Counted from the stretch's first letter, positions 49,930 to 63,487 are shown. The stretch: 64,000 nt of DNA from Escherichia coli (GCF_003334335.1 NZ_QOWQ01000025.1), one strand, 5' to 3'. The notes: generated from the letters alone by a model not told the origin. A program made the numbers and translations.

Positions 49930-50709
49930 CTACACCGTAATTAATTTTACCCGTGTCTTCTGCAATGCCAGTTTATCCACCTCTGATACAGCATCATCGG
50001 TAATAATAATGTCAATTTTTTCGATTGGCAGTACCTGATTAAAACCGCGACGGTTAAATTTCGATGAATCGAGAACGGCAATCACTTTATTAGCGGCGGT
50101 GACCATCGCACCGCTAATCGAATAACCTTCATTAAAGGTCGTAATACCATTAACCGCATCAATACCATCAGCACCGACAAACATTAAATCGGCATTAATA
50201 TCCTGCAGGGAACGTTCAGCAATAGATCCATGCATAGATCGCGTTTTATGGCGGACCGTGCCACCGCAGACGACCAGAGTAATGTCTTTATTTTCGGAAA
50301 GGGCAAACGCAGCCGGGAGACTGTTGGTAATCACCGTGATATTTTTGGCGGTCATTAATCCTTCGGCGATAAGCATTGTGGTACTTCCGCTGTCGAGAAT
50401 AACGGTCATCCCTTCATGGATCATTTTGACTGCCGCCTGCGCTATTCTGTTTTTGGGCGCGCTGGCGAGCTGAAATCGCTCTTTAAACCCGACTTCCTGG
50501 GTCTCGGTTTCACTATTACCGGACATTATTTTCGCCGCACCGCCATGAAAGCGCGTAACCACGCCTTTTTGTTCGAGAAAGCGCAAATCGGCACGGATTG
50601 TCGCTTCCGAGGCAGCAAATACTCCCGCCAGATCCTGAACAAGCACGGTTCCCTGTTCATTCACTAATTGGATGATCTTATTCCTTCGCTCGAATGAATT
50701 CATCGTCAT
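49930..50709 (-). CDS. gatR: DeoR-family galactitol operon repressor GatR (259 aa, intact)
   Basis: Uninterrupted 259-aa ORF at the gatR position. Confidence 0.9.
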   Translation of the reverse strand: MTMNSFERRNKIIQLVNEQGTVLVQDLAGVFAASEATIRADLRFLEQKGVVTRFHGGAAKIMSGNSETETQEVGFKERFQLASAPKNRIAQAAVKMIHEGMTVILDSGSTTMLIAEGLMTAKNITVITNSLPAAFALSENKDITLVVCGGTVRHKTRSMHGSIAERSLQDINADLMFVGADGIDAVNGITTFNEGYSISGAMVTAANKVIAVLDSSKFNRRGFNQVLPIEKIDIIITDDAVSEVDKLALQKTRVKLITV

Positions 50710-50808
50710 TTACCCATATTCAATTGTGGCTAGTGTAAACGAAGGGGGACCATTGGTGAATGATCTGTTTTGCACAATACCGGGCCAGCATCACGCTGGC
50801 CCGCGGTT

Positions 50809-51849
50809 TCAGGGAATGAGCAACACTTTGCCCGGCATGGCATTACGAGCGATGTCACGCACCGCCTGGGCGAAGCTTTCAAAGCTTCCACGGTGAGCGA
50901 TTAATGGCTCCAGGCTTAACTTACGTTCTGTCAGCAACCGGCTCGCCGTTTCCCACTCCTGCCCCGGCCAAGGGCTGGAGTAGTTCATCCAACTGCCGAT
51001 AACCGTCAGCTCTTTACGCAATATTTTGCCAAACGTTGCCGATGTTAAATGCAGATCCTGATGCAACGTGCCCACCAGCGCCAGTTGGGCATGAGGACCG
51101 GCAATCTCTACCGCCAGTTCGACAGTTTGCGGTACGCCAGCCGTCTCGAGGATAAGCTGATTAAAGCGCAGCTCGCGTAAAACGCCCTGCATTTGCGGCG
51201 CGCTCATTTCGCTACTGTTAAATGTTTGCATCGCACCGAAAGATTTTGCCAGTGCCAGTTTTTCTGAGCTAATGTCGATAGCCGTCACACTCTTTGCTCC
51301 CAGCGCGACAGCGCACTGAATAGCCAGCAGGCCAATGGTTCCGGCACCAATAATAATAACGTTTTTATTCTCACAACCTTGCGCTAAATGAAAAGCATGC
51401 AGACCAACGGTAATCGGCTCAATAAAAGCCCCATCCTCAATAGGCATATCCGTGGGTAGAGCAAAGACATTTTTTCGGTTAACGACAATATATTCGGCAA
51501 ATCCACCATCACGCCGCGAGCCAATAAAATCATATTTTGCGCACTGGGAATAAAACCCTTTCAAACACTCTGGACAAGTAAAACAGGGTAATAACGGCAC
51601 ACAGGCAACCGCATCGCCAGGGTGTAAATCATCAACACCGGATCCTACCGCATCAATATAGCCGCTAAATTCATGGCCTAACGTTATTGGATAATAATGT
51701 GCACCATTTTTAAATATCCTGGGTAAATCGGAACCACATAAGCCCGAGCTGGCAATTTTTACCCGCACCTCATCCTGATGTTTAATTTCAGGAATGACGC
51801 TTTTTGCAACGCGCACGACACCATCAGTATCATTCACTACTGATTTCAT
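50809..51849 (-). CDS. gatD: Galactitol-1-phosphate 5-dehydrogenase GatD (346 aa)
   Basis: Zn-dependent alcohol dehydrogenase family; position in the gat operon. Confidence 0.93.
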   Translation of the reverse strand: MKSVVNDTDGVVRVAKSVIPEIKHQDEVRVKIASSGLCGSDLPRIFKNGAHYYPITLGHEFSGYIDAVGSGVDDLHPGDAVACVPLLPCFTCPECLKGFYSQCAKYDFIGSRRDGGFAEYIVVNRKNVFALPTDMPIEDGAFIEPITVGLHAFHLAQGCENKNVIIIGAGTIGLLAIQCAVALGAKSVTAIDISSEKLALAKSFGAMQTFNSSEMSAPQMQGVLRELRFNQLILETAGVPQTVELAVEIAGPHAQLALVGTLHQDLHLTSATFGKILRKELTVIGSWMNYSSPWPGQEWETASRLLTERKLSLEPLIAHRGSFESFAQAVRDIARNAMPGKVLLIP

Positions 51850-51896
51850 AAAAACTCCTGATTGTTAAGGGGGATAACCTCCCCCTCAGGTAAAAA

Positions 51897-53252
51897 TTAT
51901 TCTGCGAGAACGGCTTTCTCTTGTTTAGTAAAACCACGCGCTCTACGCCAGGTCATGAAAATACCGGTCAGATAAATTGCGCCGATAATAATGAAACCGG
52001 GAATATTTTGCGGGGAGAAAACCTGAATCAGTAACCAGGTAATGGGAGAACCGCCCTGATCCATTGAAGCCACCATACCCCCGGCTTTTAACGCCCCAGC
52101 ATTAGCCGCCAGTTGGGTGTGCAAACCAATAGTTTGCGTCGCGATCCACAGGGTGATGCTCATAATGATGACACCCGAGATTAAGGTGCGGAACAGATTT
52201 CCACGATGCACCGCGACCGCCATCGCCACGAAGAAGCCGATAGTGGCAAGATCGCCAAACGGCAGTACCTGATTACCCGGAACACAAACAGCAATTAAAA
52301 TGGTGAGCGGAATAAAAATCAGGCTTGCCGATACCACCGCCGTATGCCCCAGCAGTAATGCGGGATCCAGGCCAATCAGGAACTCCTGACCGCCGAACTT
52401 CTCCTGTAAACGACTACGGGCCTGCTTAGCGATGGGCGTTAAACCATCCATGATGGGTTTAATCACCCGTGGCATCAGCAGCATCACCGCCGCCGTTTTT
52501 ACCGCCAGCTGCAATACACCTTTGACATCGTAACCCGCGAGGATGCCGATAATCAGCCCCATCACAAAACCCACGGTGACAGGCTCGCCAAACGGACCAA
52601 ATTTACGCTGAATATCGTCGGCGCTAAATTTAATTCGGTTAACGCCTGGGATTTTCTCGATGATAGTATCGACCAGCACCGCAATCGGCCCCATATACGC
52701 CGACGTACCGTGCGGAATAGCAATGCCTTCCAGCTCAAAGAAATTTCGGGTATCGCGGGCAAACCAGTCGCCGAGCTTATAAACAAACGCCGCGTGAATT
52801 ACCACACCCGCCATCCCTATCATCCATGAACCGGTTGCCAGATGCAGCAACGCGCCGGTGAAGGTCATATGCCAGATATTCCAGATATCAACATTTACCA
52901 CCCGCGTCATACGGGTCAGTAACATCGCCACGTTAACCAGAATCGCAATCGGAATCGCCACCAGCGCAATTTGCGACGCCCAGGTCATTGGTGAAGAGCC
53001 CGGCCAGCCGACATCGACCACATGCAGATTCAGGTCGAAATTTTCCGCCATCGCTTTCGCCGCCGGACCAATGGAATCCAGCATTAAGCCAATCACAAGG
53101 CCAATGCCAACAAAGCCAATCCCGATATGCAGACCCGCTTTAAAGCAATCGCCTGCCTTCATGCCTAATATTTTATAAAAAATAATGATGACAATCGGCA
53201 GCATCACCGTAGGGCCGAGGTCGAGAATATAACGCATGACTTCTGAAAACAT
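51897..53252 (-). CDS. gatC: PTS galactitol EIIC GatC (451 aa)
   Basis: Multi-TM permease in the gat operon. Confidence 0.93.
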   Translation of the reverse strand: MFSEVMRYILDLGPTVMLPIVIIIFYKILGMKAGDCFKAGLHIGIGFVGIGLVIGLMLDSIGPAAKAMAENFDLNLHVVDVGWPGSSPMTWASQIALVAIPIAILVNVAMLLTRMTRVVNVDIWNIWHMTFTGALLHLATGSWMIGMAGVVIHAAFVYKLGDWFARDTRNFFELEGIAIPHGTSAYMGPIAVLVDTIIEKIPGVNRIKFSADDIQRKFGPFGEPVTVGFVMGLIIGILAGYDVKGVLQLAVKTAAVMLLMPRVIKPIMDGLTPIAKQARSRLQEKFGGQEFLIGLDPALLLGHTAVVSASLIFIPLTILIAVCVPGNQVLPFGDLATIGFFVAMAVAVHRGNLFRTLISGVIIMSITLWIATQTIGLHTQLAANAGALKAGGMVASMDQGGSPITWLLIQVFSPQNIPGFIIIGAIYLTGIFMTWRRARGFTKQEKAVLAE

Positions 53253-53255
53253 AGG

Positions 53256-53540
53256 TCACCCCTGTAAGATAGTCAGAATTTTATTTTGTAATGCTTCGAT
53301 ACCGACACCAGAAACAAAAGGCATGCCGTGAACTAACGGAATATCGCCAAAACTACGATCCACCCTGGCAGTGGTACATATCAAATGCACACCATCCATA
53401 TAGGTTTCTATTTCATTAACCCGACACTGGATTAATTCAACAGGAATATTATGACTCTGACACAACTCTTTAATTTCTTCCGCCGCCATCGTAGAGGTCG
53501 CAACCGCGCCTCCGCAAGCGACAATAATCTTGCGTTTCAT
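53256..53540 (-). CDS. gatB: PTS galactitol EIIB GatB (94 aa)
   Basis: Length and position match. Confidence 0.92.
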
Positions 53541-53570
53541 AAATAGTCCTTTTTATTGTTACAGAGGGAT

Positions 53571-54023
53571 TTATTCGTCTGAATCTAAAACATACTTTGT
53601 GAAGTATTCCTTTAACTGGGTTTCAGGAAGAGTGATTAGTGTCTCGACGATATCGGGCTGTTGTAACTTGCCAAATAAACAGCGTAAAAGTTTCAATTGC
53701 TGCTGCGGATTTTCCACAATCAACGCAATAACCAACGATACCGCCACGTCGTTATCATCATCCGCTTGCTGAAAATGAACTTTATTTGTTGGCCTTAACA
53801 GATAAATGGCTGACGACTTAGCATGAATCGCCTCACAATGCGGTATTGCAATGGCGTGCTGCTCAAGCATTATCCCGGTAGGGAATTCTGCTTCTCTGGC
53901 AATTAATGCCTGTGGCCAGGTATCATGAACCACACTTTTGGCGAGCATCTCATTACCGATATGGGTTAAAACTTCGCTACGATCGACAAAAGAAATTCCG
54001 CTACGAACAAACAGGTTAGTCAT
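53571..54023 (-). CDS. gatA: PTS galactitol EIIA GatA (150 aa)
   Basis: Length and position match. Confidence 0.92.
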   Translation of the reverse strand: MTNLFVRSGISFVDRSEVLTHIGNEMLAKSVVHDTWPQALIAREAEFPTGIMLEQHAIAIPHCEAIHAKSSAIYLLRPTNKVHFQQADDDNDVAVSLVIALIVENPQQQLKLLRCLFGKLQQPDIVETLITLPETQLKEYFTKYVLDSDE

Positions 54024-54032
54024 ATACCGTCC

Positions 54033-55295
<1,263 letters not shown>

Positions 55296-55296
55296 A

Positions 55297-56187
<891 letters not shown>

Positions 56188-56293
56188 CTATCGTTTATTT
56201 TCGATTTCAAAACATAATGAAATTATTTGTTTTTAAATGTCGAGATAACGATCACAAAAACGACAATATGAAAATTAATCCAGAATGACAGGC

Positions 56294-56320
56294 AAAAAAA
56301 CGGCCTCCCGGGGGAAGCCG
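56294..56320 (-). terminator. Terminator downstream of fbaB
   Basis: Stem CGGCCTCCC / GGGAAGCCG preceded on plus by A7 (U7 after the hairpin on minus). Confidence 0.55.
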
Positions 56321-56341
56321 TAACGAAGTGTGCGTGTTTTT

Positions 56342-56456
56342 ATGCCGGATGCGGTGTAAACATACGTGGCAGCGCTGTGTAGGCATGATAAGACGCTTCA
56401 GCGTCGCATCAGGCATAGGTTGCCGGATGCAGTGTAAACGCCTTATCCGTCCTACG
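56342..56456. repeat. REP/BIME cluster between gatY and fbaB
   Basis: Several copies of the GCCGGATGCGGTGTAAAC...CCTTATCC REP motif. Confidence 0.75.
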
Positions 56457-56482
56457 GGGTGGTGCTGTTCGTATGAGGCGTA

Positions 56483-57535
56483 TCAGGCAATAGTAATTTT
56501 GCTATCGAGATAAACGTCCTGCACGGCGTTAATCAGTTTCACGCCGTCAGCCATCGATTTCTTGAACGCCTTACGTCCAAGAATCAGCCCCATTCCGCCA
56601 GCGCGTTTGTTGATAACCGCAGTACGCACTGCATCACTGAGGTCAGTTTCACCGCCTGCAGCACCGCCGGAGTTAATCAGCCCTGCGCGCCCCATATAGC
56701 AGTTAGCTAACTGATAACGCACCAGATCAATCGGGTTTTCGCTGGTTAACTTGCTGTACACGCGATCGTCGGTATAACCGTAATTAATTGCTTTATAGCC
56801 GCCGTTATTTTCCGCCATTTTTTGTTTGACGATATCTGCACCGATGGTTGCCGCCAGATGGTTTGCCTGACCGGTCAGGTCGGCGGAAACATGGTAATCA
56901 ACGCCATCTTTCTTAAAGGCGGAGTTACGCAAATAGGCCCACAGCACTGTCACCATACCCAGCTCGTGCGCACGTTCAAAAGCCGCAGAAATTTCTTCAA
57001 TCTGGCGACGTGACTCTTCCGAGCCAAAATAGATAGTCGCACCAACCGCAACCGCGCCCATGTTGAACGCCTGCTCCACGCTGGCATACAGCGTTTGATC
57101 GTAGGTATTCGGGTAACTTAGCGTCTCGTTGTGATTAAGTTTGACGAGGAATGGAATGCGATGCGCATAACGCCGCGATACCGACGCCAGCACGCCGTAA
57201 GTTGACGCCACACAGTTACAGCCCGCTTCGATCGCCAGTTCAACAATGTTTTTCGGGTCAAAGTAGAGCGGGTTAGCAGCAAATGAAGCTCCGGCAGAGT
57301 GCTCAACGCCCTGGTCAACCGGCAGAATAGAAAGATATCCTGTGCCAGCCAGACGCCCGGTGTTGTACAACGTCTGCATATTACGTAACACCGCAGGCGG
57401 GCGATTATTGTCAATCATCACGCGGTCTACGTAGTCATGTCCGGGGAGATAAAGCTGGTCAGAAGGAATAGTCATACAACGGTGCTGTAAAAGGTTGTCG
57501 GCGTCTTTGCCAAGCAACTGCGCAATATCTGTCAT
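56483..57535 (-). CDS. fbaB: Class I fructose-bisphosphate aldolase FbaB (350 aa)
   Basis: ORF trimmed to [20 protein letters not shown]..., giving the K-12 length. Confidence 0.92.
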
Positions 57536-57791
57536 TACTATGCTCCCGTAAATTCCGATTGGATATCGGCTATGGATTGTCCTGGCCCGCCTTTTGCGGG
57601 CAATCATAATCCTGGTCGTTACGGGCGAGTTTTTCCATCTTTTGGATGTTTTTTCAGCGTTTTCTGTTGGCTCGATTCATCAGAAAAAATGTTAGCGCGG
57701 TCAAGTTTTCACCGCAAAGGTATTTAAAAGGTATTATTAAGTGGTATTGTCATCGCGTACCTTACATTACCTGTCATGAAGGAATTAAAAG

Positions 57792-59069
57792 ATGAAAACA
57801 ACAGCAAAGCTGTCGTTCATGATGTTTGTTGAATGGTTTATCTGGGGCGCGTGGTTTGTGCCATTGTGGTTGTGGTTAAGTAAAAGCGGTTTTAGTGCCG
57901 GAGAAATTGGCTGGTCGTATGCCTGTACCGCCATTGCGGCGATCCTGTCGCCAATTCTGGTTGGCTCCATCACTGACCGCTTTTTCTCGGCGCAAAAAGT
58001 GCTGGCGGTATTGATGTTCGCTGGTGCTGTGCTGATGTATTTCGCTGCGCAACAGACCACTTTTGCCGGGTTCTTCCCGTTACTGCTGGCCTACTCGCTA
58101 ACCTATATGCCGACCATTGCGCTGACTAACAGCATCGCTTTTGCCAACGTGCCGGATGTTGAGCGTGATTTCCCGCGCATTCGTGTGATGGGCACTATCG
58201 GCTGGATTGCCTCCGGTCTGGCATGTGGTTTCTTGCCGCAAATACTGGGGTATGCCGATATCTCACCGACTAACATCCCGCTGCTGATTACCGCCGGAAG
58301 TTCTGCTCTGCTCGGTGTGTTTGCGTTTTTCCTGCCCGACACGCCGCCAAAAAGCACCGGCAAAATGGACATTAAAGTCATGCTCGGCCTGGATGCGCTG
58401 ATCCTGCTGCGCGATAAAAACTTCCTCGTCTTTTTCTTCTGTTCATTCCTGTTTGCGATGCCACTGGCGTTCTATTACATCTTTGCCAACGGTTATCTGA
58501 CCGAAGTTGGCATGAAAAACGCCACCGGCTGGATGACGCTCGGCCAGTTCTCTGAAATATTCTTTATGCTGGCATTACCGTTTTTCACTAAACGCTTTGG
58601 TATCAAAAAGGTATTATTGCTTGGTCTGGTCACCGCTGCGATCCGCTATGGCTTCTTTATTTACGGTAGTGCGGATGAATATTTCACCTACGCGTTACTG
58701 TTCCTCGGTATTTTGCTTCACGGCGTAAGTTACGATTTTTACTACGTTACCGCTTACATCTATGTCGATAAAAAAGCCCCCGTGCATATGCGTACCGCCG
58801 CGCAGGGGCTGATCACGCTCTGCTGCCAGGGCTTCGGCAGTTTGCTCGGCTATCGTCTTGGCGGTGTGATGATGGAAAAGATGTTCGCTTATCAGGAACC
58901 GGTAAACGGACTGACTTTCAACTGGTCCGGGATGTGGACTTTTGGCGCGGTGATGATTGCCATTATCGCCGTGCTGTTCATGATTTTTTTCCGCGAATCC
59001 GACAACGAAATTACGGCTATCAAGGTCGATGATCGCGATATTGCGTTGACACAAGGGGAAGTTAAATGA
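57792..59069 (+). CDS. yegT: MFS nucleoside transporter YegT (425 aa)
   Basis: 12-TM MFS protein at the yegT position. Confidence 0.9.
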   Translation: MKTTAKLSFMMFVEWFIWGAWFVPLWLWLSKSGFSAGEIGWSYACTAIAAILSPILVGSITDRFFSAQKVLAVLMFAGAVLMYFAAQQTTFAGFFPLLLAYSLTYMPTIALTNSIAFANVPDVERDFPRIRVMGTIGWIASGLACGFLPQILGYADISPTNIPLLITAGSSALLGVFAFFLPDTPPKSTGKMDIKVMLGLDALILLRDKNFLVFFFCSFLFAMPLAFYYIFANGYLTEVGMKNATGWMTLGQFSEIFFMLALPFFTKRFGIKKVLLLGLVTAAIRYGFFIYGSADEYFTYALLFLGILLHGVSYDFYYVTAYIYVDKKAPVHMRTAAQGLITLCCQGFGSLLGYRLGGVMMEKMFAYQEPVNGLTFNWSGMWTFGAVMIAIIAVLFMIFFRESDNEITAIKVDDRDIALTQGEVK

Positions 59070-60070
59070 AAACAGAACGTATTCTCGGTGCTCTTTATGG
59101 GCAGGCGTTAGGGGATGCGATGGGGATGCCCTCCGAGCTTTGGCCACGCAGCCGCGTTAAAGCACACTTTGGCTGGATTGACCGTTTTCTTCCTGGACCA
59201 AAGGAGAATAACGCGGCCTGTTATTTTAACCGCGCCGAATTCACCGACGATACCTCGATGGCGCTGTGTCTGGCGGATGCGTTACTGGAACGTGAAGGCA
59301 AGATCGATCCGAATCTGATTGGGCGTAATATTCTCGACTGGGCGCTGCGTTTCGACGCCTTTAACAAAAACGTACTTGGTCCGACCTCGAAGATTGCGCT
59401 TAACGCCATTCGCGACGGTAAACCCATTGCTGAACTGGAAAACAACGGCGTGACCAACGGCGCAGCGATGCGCGTCTCGCCATTAGGTTGTTTGCTTCCG
59501 GCGCACGATGTTGATTCCTTTATTGATGATGTGGCGCTGGCGTCCAGCCCGACCCATAAATCCGATCTGGCGGTTGCAGGCGCGGTAGTCATCGCATGGG
59601 CGATTTCTCGTGCCATTGACGGAGAAAGCTGGTCAGCGATTGTAGATTCACTGCCTTCAATTGCGCGACATGCACAGCAAAAACGCATCACCACGTTCAG
59701 CGCCTCACTGGCAGCACGTCTGGAGATTGCGCTGAAAATTGTGCGCAATGCCGACGGCACCGAATCCGCCAGCGAACAGCTTTACCAGGTCGTTGGCGCA
59801 GGTACCAGCACTATTGAGTCCGTTCCGTGCGCCATTGCGCTGGTTGAACTGGCACAAACCGACCCGAATCGCTGCGCCGTCCTGTGCGCTAACCTTGGCG
59901 GCGACACAGACACCATCGGCGCTATGGCGACGGCGATTTGCGGCGCGTTGCATGGCGTTAACGCTATCGATCCTGCATTAAAGGCGGAACTGGATGCGGT
60001 AAATCAGCTTGATTTCAACCGCTATGCCACAGCGCTGGCGAAATATCGTCAACAACGGGAGGCGGTATGA
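59066..60070 (+). CDS. yegU: ADP-ribosylglycohydrolase-family protein YegU (334 aa)
   Basis: Length and position match; start overlaps the yegT stop. Confidence 0.9.
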   Translation: MKTERILGALYGQALGDAMGMPSELWPRSRVKAHFGWIDRFLPGPKENNAACYFNRAEFTDDTSMALCLADALLEREGKIDPNLIGRNILDWALRFDAFNKNVLGPTSKIALNAIRDGKPIAELENNGVTNGAAMRVSPLGCLLPAHDVDSFIDDVALASSPTHKSDLAVAGAVVIAWAISRAIDGESWSAIVDSLPSIARHAQQKRITTFSASLAARLEIALKIVRNADGTESASEQLYQVVGAGTSTIESVPCAIALVELAQTDPNRCAVLCANLGGDTDTIGAMATAICGALHGVNAIDPALKAELDAVNQLDFNRYATALAKYRQQREAV

Positions 60071-61032
60071 GCGGCGCTCGATTACACACGCTGCTGCCTG
60101 AATTAACCTCGCGTCAGCCGGTGATGGTCGTCGGCGCGGCGGTCATTGATGTGATCGCCGACGCTTATGCCCTCCCCTGGCGTGGGTGCGATATCGAACT
60201 GAAGCAGCAGAGCGTTAACGTTGGCGGCTGCGCACTGAATATTGCCGTGGCGTTAAAGCGCCTCGGCATCGAAGCGGGTAATGCCTTGCCGCTCGGTCAG
60301 GGCGTGTGGGCGGAGATTATTCGCAACCGGATGGCGAAAGAGGGGTTAATCAGCCTGATCGATAACGCCGAAGGCGATAACGGCTGGTGTCTGGCGCTGG
60401 TTGAGCCGGATGGCGAACGCACTTTTATGTCATTCAGCGGTGTGGAAAATCAGTGGAATCGCCAGTGGCTGGCGCGATTAACCGTTGCGCCTGGCAGCCT
60501 GCTCTATTTTTCCGGTTATCAACTGGCCTCGCCCTGCGGCGAATTGTTAGTGGAATGGCTGGAAAAGCTGCAAGACGTGACGCCGTTTATCGATTTTGGC
60601 CCACGTATCGGCGATATCCCGGACGCATTACTGGCGCGGATCATGGCCTGTCGACCTTTAGTATCACTCAATCGTCAAGAGGCTGAGATTGCCGCCGAAC
60701 GTTTTGCTTTATCCGCAGAGATAACAACACTTGGCAAGCAATGGCAGGAGAAATTTGCCGCGCCGTTGATCGTTCGTCTCGATAAAGAGGGTGCATGGTA
60801 TTTCAGCAACGACGCTTCTGGCTGCATTCCGGCATTTCCAACGCAAGTTGTAGACACCATTGGGGCGGGCGACAGTCATGCAGGTGGCGTACTTGCCGGG
60901 CTGGCCTCTGGTCTGCCACTGGCGGATGCCGTATTACTGGGCAATGCAGTGGCGTCGTGGGTTGTCGGGCATCGGGGCGGTGATTGTGCGCCAACGCGCG
61001 AGGAACTACTCCTCGCACACAAAAACGTATAG
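60067..61032 (+). CDS. yegV: PfkB-family sugar kinase YegV (321 aa)
   Basis: PfkB signature near the C-terminus (DTIGAGDSHAGG). Confidence 0.9.
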   Translation: MSGARLHTLLPELTSRQPVMVVGAAVIDVIADAYALPWRGCDIELKQQSVNVGGCALNIAVALKRLGIEAGNALPLGQGVWAEIIRNRMAKEGLISLIDNAEGDNGWCLALVEPDGERTFMSFSGVENQWNRQWLARLTVAPGSLLYFSGYQLASPCGELLVEWLEKLQDVTPFIDFGPRIGDIPDALLARIMACRPLVSLNRQEAEIAAERFALSAEITTLGKQWQEKFAAPLIVRLDKEGAWYFSNDASGCIPAFPTQVVDTIGAGDSHAGGVLAGLASGLPLADAVLLGNAVASWVVGHRGGDCAPTREELLLAHKNV

Positions 61033-61752
61033 ATCGCTGCGACAGTGGCTAATGCTGTACTCAATAGGCCGTTGCTGTTGGTCAAGCGCCACTTGCTTGA
61101 TCACCAGCACCGGTATTTTGCTATCTAACTGAATATGTGACTGAAACTCGGCATCCGGCATCCGGGCGCTAACGCGGGAACGCGTACGTTGTGGGTAAAT
61201 GTGCTGGCTGCGGAAATAGTCATAAAGTGAAATCCCGATGGCATCAACATCATGAATTAAATGCGCCGGAACCCACGATTCCTCAATCGATACCGCTTCT
61301 TCATCGACATAGCGAATACGCTTAAGCAAAAAGACATCACTTCCTGCTTCGACCGCCAGCTGCTGCGCGACTTCTTCGGGACATTTCACGACACGCTTGT
61401 TAACCCATAGCGTATCGGGCTTTTTCCCGCGCAATACCACCTGCTGAGAAAAACCTCGCGCTTCTTTCAACGAGTATTCGAAGATGTTGTTGATCTGCGT
61501 GCCGTAACCGCGCGAACGCGTCACCACACCCTCTTCTTCCAGCGCCTGCATCGCCTTGCGCACCGTAATGCGCGAAACGCCGGTTAACTGACTTAAATCA
61601 CGCTCACCGGGCAAAATATTGCCATGCTCCAGCACCCCGCTGCGCACGGCATTTTTTACCGTTTCGGCAAACTTAATATAAAGCGGCGTGTTATCCGCCG
61701 CTAAAATACGCTCGTTCAGTTGGGCAATCAGCTGGGTATGCGCTTGTTCCAT
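61006..61752 (-). CDS. yegW: GntR/HutC-family transcriptional regulator YegW (248 aa)
   Basis: N-terminal HTH (LPGERDLSQLTGVSRITVRKA) plus UTRA-like C-terminus. Confidence 0.9.
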   Translation of the reverse strand: MEQAHTQLIAQLNERILAADNTPLYIKFAETVKNAVRSGVLEHGNILPGERDLSQLTGVSRITVRKAMQALEEEGVVTRSRGYGTQINNIFEYSLKEARGFSQQVVLRGKKPDTLWVNKRVVKCPEEVAQQLAVEAGSDVFLLKRIRYVDEEAVSIEESWVPAHLIHDVDAIGISLYDYFRSQHIYPQRTRSRVSARMPDAEFQSHIQLDSKIPVLVIKQVALDQQQRPIEYSISHCRSDLYVFVCEE

Positions 61753-61803
61753 TTGTCTTTTTCCTGCCGGGGAGTCTGGTGGGAGTATATCACTGCTTCT
61801 TAT

Positions 61804-62631
61804 TTAAGGCGTTTCTTTAATCCCATCAACGAATGCCTGCAACTCCTCCACCGTGCCATTAAATACATTAAAATCCACCGGACCATTGATGCCATCTACC
61901 TGTCCACGGTCGGAATGCTGCCAGAAGCGCCAGGCCATGCCGTCATTGTCCGGACGACGTTGATAGTAGTGAGCCACCCACCACGGATATTCATTGAAAT
62001 AGCCCGCCAGATTGGTGTGATAAAAAACGGCTCCTGAGTAAATAATCGGCTTTTTTCCCGTACTTTTTTCGACCATTTTTAGCCACTGACTTACTCGTTT
62101 GCGTAATTCTTTTGCCGATAATTTTCCCCGTTCTTCTACGTCCAGTACCGCAGGGAAATCGCCTTGTGAGAAATCCACCGTTTGCAGAAATAATCGTGCC
62201 TGAACCGGCGCTGCTACCGACGGGGAGAAATAATGATACGCCCCGCGCAGCAGGCCATTTTCGCGGCTTAGTTGCCAGTTACGCGAAAAATACGGGTCCA
62301 CCAGCTTTTCGCCTTCCGTCGCCTTAATAAAAGCAAACTGTAAGCGGATACCGTTGTCGCGCATTTTTGCCACCCGCTGCCAGTCGATCCGCTCCTGCCA
62401 GCGAGAAACATCTATTCCGTGAATGGTGTAACTGGCAGGAATGCGAATAGCGAAAGATTTAACCGGGCGATAACCGTAGAAATGGATGTAGTCTGTAATC
62501 TGAACTGCTGTCGAATAGAAAAAATTCACCGTCTGACGCGGATAAATTGCAACGATGGAAATTAGCCCAAGAGCGCATAATAGAGAGGTGAGTTTTTTTC
62601 GACTGGTAATTCTTAGCTGCATTGGTTTCAT
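61804..62631 (-). CDS. yegX: GH25 lysozyme-family protein YegX
   Basis: Position and size; the N-terminus looks like a signal/TM segment. Start codon not refined. Confidence 0.85.
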   Translation of the reverse strand: MKPMQLRITSRKKLTSLLCALGLISIVAIYPRQTVNFFYSTAVQITDYIHFYGYRPVKSFAIRIPASYTIHGIDVSRWQERIDWQRVAKMRDNGIRLQFAFIKATEGEKLVDPYFSRNWQLSRENGLLRGAYHYFSPSVAAPVQARLFLQTVDFSQGDFPAVLDVEERGKLSAKELRKRVSQWLKMVEKSTGKKPIIYSGAVFYHTNLAGYFNEYPWWVAHYYQRRPDNDGMAWRFWQHSDRGQVDGINGPVDFNVFNGTVEELQAFVDGIKETP

Positions 62632-62686
62632 CCCTGAATGTCAGTGCCAAAGGCTGACAATAACCAAAGCAGCTATAGTACGGTGC

Positions 62687-63487
62687 TCACCACCAGGCGT
62701 GGAAGTGGTGAACCGGACCAATACCGTGACCAACTTCCAGCGTGTCGGCCTGGGCTAATGCTGATGAAAGCCAGCTTTTTGCCTCCTGTACGGTGTCAGC
62801 CCAGTTTGTATGGCGCGGGCGTAGTGCAGCCAACGCCGCAGAGAGCGTACAACCAGTGCCGTGGGTGTTTTTGGTCATAATGCGCGGTGCGGTAAACCGT
62901 TGTTCACCCTCGCGGGTAAACAGCCAGTCCGGGCTTTGCTCATCATCCAGATGACCACCTTTCATTAGCACTGCGCCACAGCCCATCGCCAACAGCGATC
63001 GCCCTTGTTCCAGCATTTCCTGTTCGGTGCGCGCGTGTGGCGCGTCGAGCAAGGCGGCAGCTTCGGGCAAGTTTGGCGTTATTAATGAAACCTGTGGCAA
63101 TAATCGACTGCGCAGCGTAGCAACCGCCGAAGGTGAAAGCAGCGGGTCGCCGCTTTTTGCCAGCATAACGGTGTCGAGTACCACGTTTTGGATCTGATAA
63201 CGTTGCAACCGTTCTGCCACCGCTTCAACAATATCGGTTTCCGCCAACATACCGATTTTAGTGGTGTCGATTCGCACATCGCTGAACACCGAATCGAGCT
63301 GGGCGGCGACAAAATCAGGCTCAATGCGATACACCGACTGTACGCCACGGGTATTTTGCGCCACCAGTGCAGTAATAACTGAGCAACCATAAGCGCCAAG
63401 TGCCGAGAAGGTTTTAAGATCGGCCTGAATCCCCGCACCACCACTCGGATCAGTACCGGCAATCGTCAGAGCGTTAATTCGTTTCAT
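62687..63487 (-). CDS. thiD: Hydroxymethylpyrimidine/phosphomethylpyrimidine kinase ThiD (266 aa)
   Basis: Length and position match; overlaps the thiM stop. Confidence 0.93.
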   Translation of the reverse strand: MKRINALTIAGTDPSGGAGIQADLKTFSALGAYGCSVITALVAQNTRGVQSVYRIEPDFVAAQLDSVFSDVRIDTTKIGMLAETDIVEAVAERLQRYQIQNVVLDTVMLAKSGDPLLSPSAVATLRSRLLPQVSLITPNLPEAAALLDAPHARTEQEMLEQGRSLLAMGCGAVLMKGGHLDDEQSPDWLFTREGEQRFTAPRIMTKNTHGTGCTLSAALAALRPRHTNWADTVQEAKSWLSSALAQADTLEVGHGIGPVHHFHAWW

